From: Paraphysomonas bandaiensis
Taxonomy: Eukaryota; Protista; Chrysophyceae
Assembly (NCBI GenBank): GCA_965644295.1
Contig: CBFFRP010000027.1
Coordinates: forward strand, 1-26,942
Length of the DNA: 26,942 nucleotides
Direction: 5' to 3'
In this document: positions 24,228 to 26,942 of the stretch, one piece after another
How positions within the stretch are numbered: the stretch's first letter is position 1
Layout of the letters: each line of letters opens with the position of its first letter
Translations under genes and position numbers: made by a program
The notes under the pieces: model-generated
The model's input: only the letters and a program-made list of their open reading frames with translations
What the model was told of the DNA's origin: nothing
Database searches by the model: none

Positions 24228-24486
24228 GTTTGCTACAGGTTTTGATCATTTAGGTAGCTTATCAACATTTCGCATTTTAGGAAGTCGAAACTTATAATAA
24301 GATGTACGTTGTATATTGCTAGTCGGATCTGTGGACACGTTCTTGGTTGTTATTGTTATCCAATAGGTATGTCTAGTTGATGTAGGTTCAATCATAAACG
24401 TATTGAAAGTAGAAACGGTTTTGCAATGACACGATCAACTACGGCATTTTGTATTCGTAGGATACTCACTTACAACCTACTAGCGG

Positions 24487-24710
24487 TGAATGTCTTGTTT
24501 ATTAGCAATAGGCGTGTAAGAGTCAGAACTAACGTAGCAAAACAATTTAACGAACTAGTGCTTAACTCCTACTCTTTATCGCTACGAAAGCTACTAGCTA
24601 GCGTCATAGCAAACACTTTAGATCTATCGCTCAAAGCAAACACAGTGAGCAAGCAGAATGCTGATTCACCTGGCATCTGGCATCTGGCATCTGCTGCCTT
24701 CAGGATACTT
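24487..24710. mobile_element. Partial LTR related to the solo LTR at 1704
   Basis: TGAATGTCTT..ATTAGCAATA..GGCGT..AGAGTCAGAAC..AACTAGTGCTTAACTC..CTATCGCTCAAAGC..ACCTGGCATCTG aligns with 1704-1930. The right end and TSD were not found. Confidence 0.7.
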
Positions 24711-24942
24711 ACAACCTATAGAGCTACCACAACAACGAATGAGATTGTTTCTATTTCTAGCTCTCTATTACTTTGATATGTTAAGGTAAATATATATTCT
24801 ACTACTCATTTTGCTACTATAGTTTATTGAGTATAGCACATAAATATACCCACCCATCAGCAGTGAAGCTAACGCTACTACCCACATCCATTAATCTCGC
24901 CGCTAAAATTTATTTTTGTTAATGTTTGTTGTGTATTATAAT

Positions 24943-25611
24943 TGAGAGTCTTATTATTAGCAATAGGCGTTAAAAACCTGCTCCAACTTAGTAGCTAGAT
25001 GAATGCTAGACATACTAGTTAGACCTCTACCAATAACTAATCAGCACAAATTCTATTATCCCACTATTTAGCGCTACAGAAGCTGCTTGTGCGTCGCTGC
25101 AAGCACCAAGGTGCGACCACTTCCGTTCTTAATGTTGTTTGTGAGTTTCGCCCTCCTCGTGTGTCTTAGGACTCACTGGCGCATGTTGTCCGGGGGTCTC
25201 CCCTTGGGATAAGGTTCCACTAGGCTCTGAGGTACAGGGTTCTGCATTAAGGTCCTGAGTGTACCGAGCACTAGATGTGTGTGCTGAGAGGTGGATGGTG
25301 TGGTGGAATGTGGCGTTGTCGCCGTACACCGTTTGGGTATCAGGCATATGTGAATTTGCCGGAGACGGCGTCGCTGTGCTATGGTCCTATGTGTATGAGT
25401 GGTGGGGTGCATAGGAGCGGTGGGCGGTGTTCCAGTCTCGGGCCGTCTGTGGATTCCGAGTAATTTTTGTCTACGTTTTGGACGCGGTCGCGGGAGGGGG
25501 CTAAGGGGTCATTTGTGTAGGGTAATGTATCGTCGACTTCGATCGTGGATCATTAGCTTTGCTGCAGCGAAAAGCGGTAGAAGCAAGGTGGTGACTACAG
25601 GCTGACTCTCA
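24943..25611. mobile_element. LTR-like element (669 bp) of the same family
   Basis: 8-bp inverted termini TGAGAGTC...GACTCTCA. Shares ATTAGCAATAGGCGT with the 24487 copy and CTATTTA.CGCTACA...CAAGCACCAAGGTGC.ACCACTT with 1801-1862. Flanks ATAAT/TTGAC are not a TSD. Confidence 0.6.
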
Positions 25612-25942
25612 TTGACAGCTACCTACACTACCAATACTACAACAGTGTAGCAAACTATAACAGCTTTTATATCACTTGCTAAGTAACACAACTGCTATAC
25701 TTGTAGTTAGTAGGATATCACAACAAGTTATATTAACTACATCTCAAAAATATAATAGAATCATTCAAAGTTATATTCACTATTAATTAATTGCAGTCCA
25801 AAAATCGAATCGAAAAGAGTCGGGATATAATAAAATAAAGTATAATCTTATCTAATCTAATATGTCTATAGAAGATATGCCACTTAACGACATAATAAGA
25901 AGTACGACCCTTTCCAGTGGACATCAATACACTGATTCAGAT

Positions 25943-26368
25943 CTACGCAGAAGGCTTCTGAAGATTGACCTGAATCTTATGTGGCTTTGCCTCGGGCAAC
26001 TTAGGGAAGGAGACTGTCAGGACACCATTCTCTAGGTTCGCGGTGCAATTACTAACATCAGCCGTTTTCGGCAACTTCAGGCACCTCTGAACCTGGCCAT
26101 AACTTCTCTCAACTCTGTGCTCCTTCGCTGTGTTGACCTCATGCTTTCTGTCACGTTGTGCCTTCAGAATCAAGCAACTATTCTCAACTGATATATCCAG
26201 ATCCTTCTCTTCTACTCCGGGAAGGTCGGCGTGGACATGAAAATCATTCTCTGTCTCGATCAAATCACAGTTCATGATCGGCTGAAGATTTGACACAACT
26301 CGGCCTTCATTCAAAGGAGCAAAGACATCGCGATAAAAGGGATCGTTGCGTAGGATAGACAATGACAT
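25943..26368 (-). CDS. Small heat-shock protein (HSP20/alpha-crystallin domain), 141 aa, no introns
   Basis: CDLIETENDFHVHADLPGVEEKDLDISVE...HRVERSYGQVQRCLKLP...ANLENGVLTVSFPK. Confidence 0.96.
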   Translation of the reverse strand: MSLSILRNDPFYRDVFAPLNEGRVVSNLQPIMNCDLIETENDFHVHADLPGVEEKDLDISVENSCLILKAQRDRKHEVNTAKEHRVERSYGQVQRCLKLPKTADVSNCTANLENGVLTVSFPKLPEAKPHKIQVNLQKPSA

Positions 26369-26460
26369 TATTATACTTTCCTTGTAGTTAGTTTTATAAG
26401 ATGGTTGTTGTGAGTTTGATATCGTGTTTGTTGTGTTTCTGTGACAATTATGAGGAGAAC

Positions 26461-26590
26461 TTATTTATAAAACACAAGAAATTAGAGTTTTTCGATGCAA
26501 TGTTGTTAATTTCTAGAACTTGAATGTCAACAGTATTAGAAATACTCTAGAAAACTGAATTTTCAGCAAAAATTCCGCTTTATATCACAT
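26461..26590. promoter_or_regulatory. Putative bidirectional heat-shock promoter
   Basis: HSE-like cores TTCTAGAA (26511-18), CTCTAGAA (26545-52) and GAATTTTC (26557-64) sit centrally. TATA-like sequences lie at ~26462-26470 (minus strand TATAAATA) and ~26579-26586. Only two-unit cores are present, not a perfect three-unit HSE. Confidence 0.5.
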
Positions 26591-26694
26591 TTGTTTACCA
26601 ATTTCGCCACAATAAACAAACACATATCAATCCAACGATATCAACAACTCCACAACAACCATCTTATAAAACTAACTACAAGGAAAGTATAATA

Positions 26695-26942
26695 ATGTCA
26701 TTGTCTATCCTACGCAACGATCCCTTTTATCGCGATGTCTTTGCTCCTTTGAATGAAGGCCGAGTTGTGTCAAATCTTCAGCCGATCATGAACTGTGATT
26801 TGATCGAGACAGAGAATGATTTTCATGTCCACGCCGACCTTCCCGGAGTAGAAGAGAAGGATCTGGATATATCAGTTGAGAATAATTGCTTGATTCTGAA
26901 GGCACAACGTGACAGAAAGCATGAGGTCAACACAGCGAAGGA
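26695..26942 (+). CDS. Second HSP20 gene, inverted near-identical copy, cut by the window end (absent from the ORF track)
   Basis: ATG at 26695 gives MSLSILRNDPFYRDVFAP...ISVENNCLILKAQRDRKHEVNTAK, the reverse complement of 26368-26121 with one difference seen. Confidence 0.95.
   Translation, partial: MSLSILRNDPFYRDVFAPLNEGRVVSNLQPIMNCDLIETENDFHVHADLPGVEEKDLDISVENNCLILKAQRDRKHEVNTAK

Noticed and set aside
24426-25605. Short ORFs 24426-24776 and 25129-25605
   Set aside because: They lie in LTR-like repeats, overlap on both strands and have no recognisable motifs.

Overview
Eukaryotic nuclear DNA with compact genes and mostly short (~44-60 nt) GT-AG introns. A stramenopile-like protist is my guess, not something the sequence demonstrates. 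From left to right: the decayed 3' end of a chromodomain-bearing Ty3/Gypsy element with its PPT and 3' LTR; a solo LTR with a 5-bp TSD; a ROX/NO66-like JmjC oxygenase (-) and NAE1/APP-BP1 (+) arranged head-to-head across a perfect 536-bp (TACA)134 tract; an ankyrin-repeat gene (-); a RING-H2 E3 ligase gene with an N-myristoylation motif (-); an apparently exact, blunt-junction 5,387-bp tandem duplication (11333-16719 / 16720-22106) carrying RING exon 1, a non-autonomous pogo-like transposon and the 5' three-quarters of EFL1/RIA1, giving one truncated chimeric EFL1 and one intact EFL1; a non-autonomous hAT element with an 8-bp TSD; two more LTR-family copies; and a near-perfect inverted pair of small HSP20 genes sharing an HSE-like spacer. 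I found no convincing new multi-gene system. The most unusual items are structural: the duplication with convergent chimeras, the microsatellite filling a bidirectional promoter, the cargo-carrying pogo element and the HSP20 palindrome.
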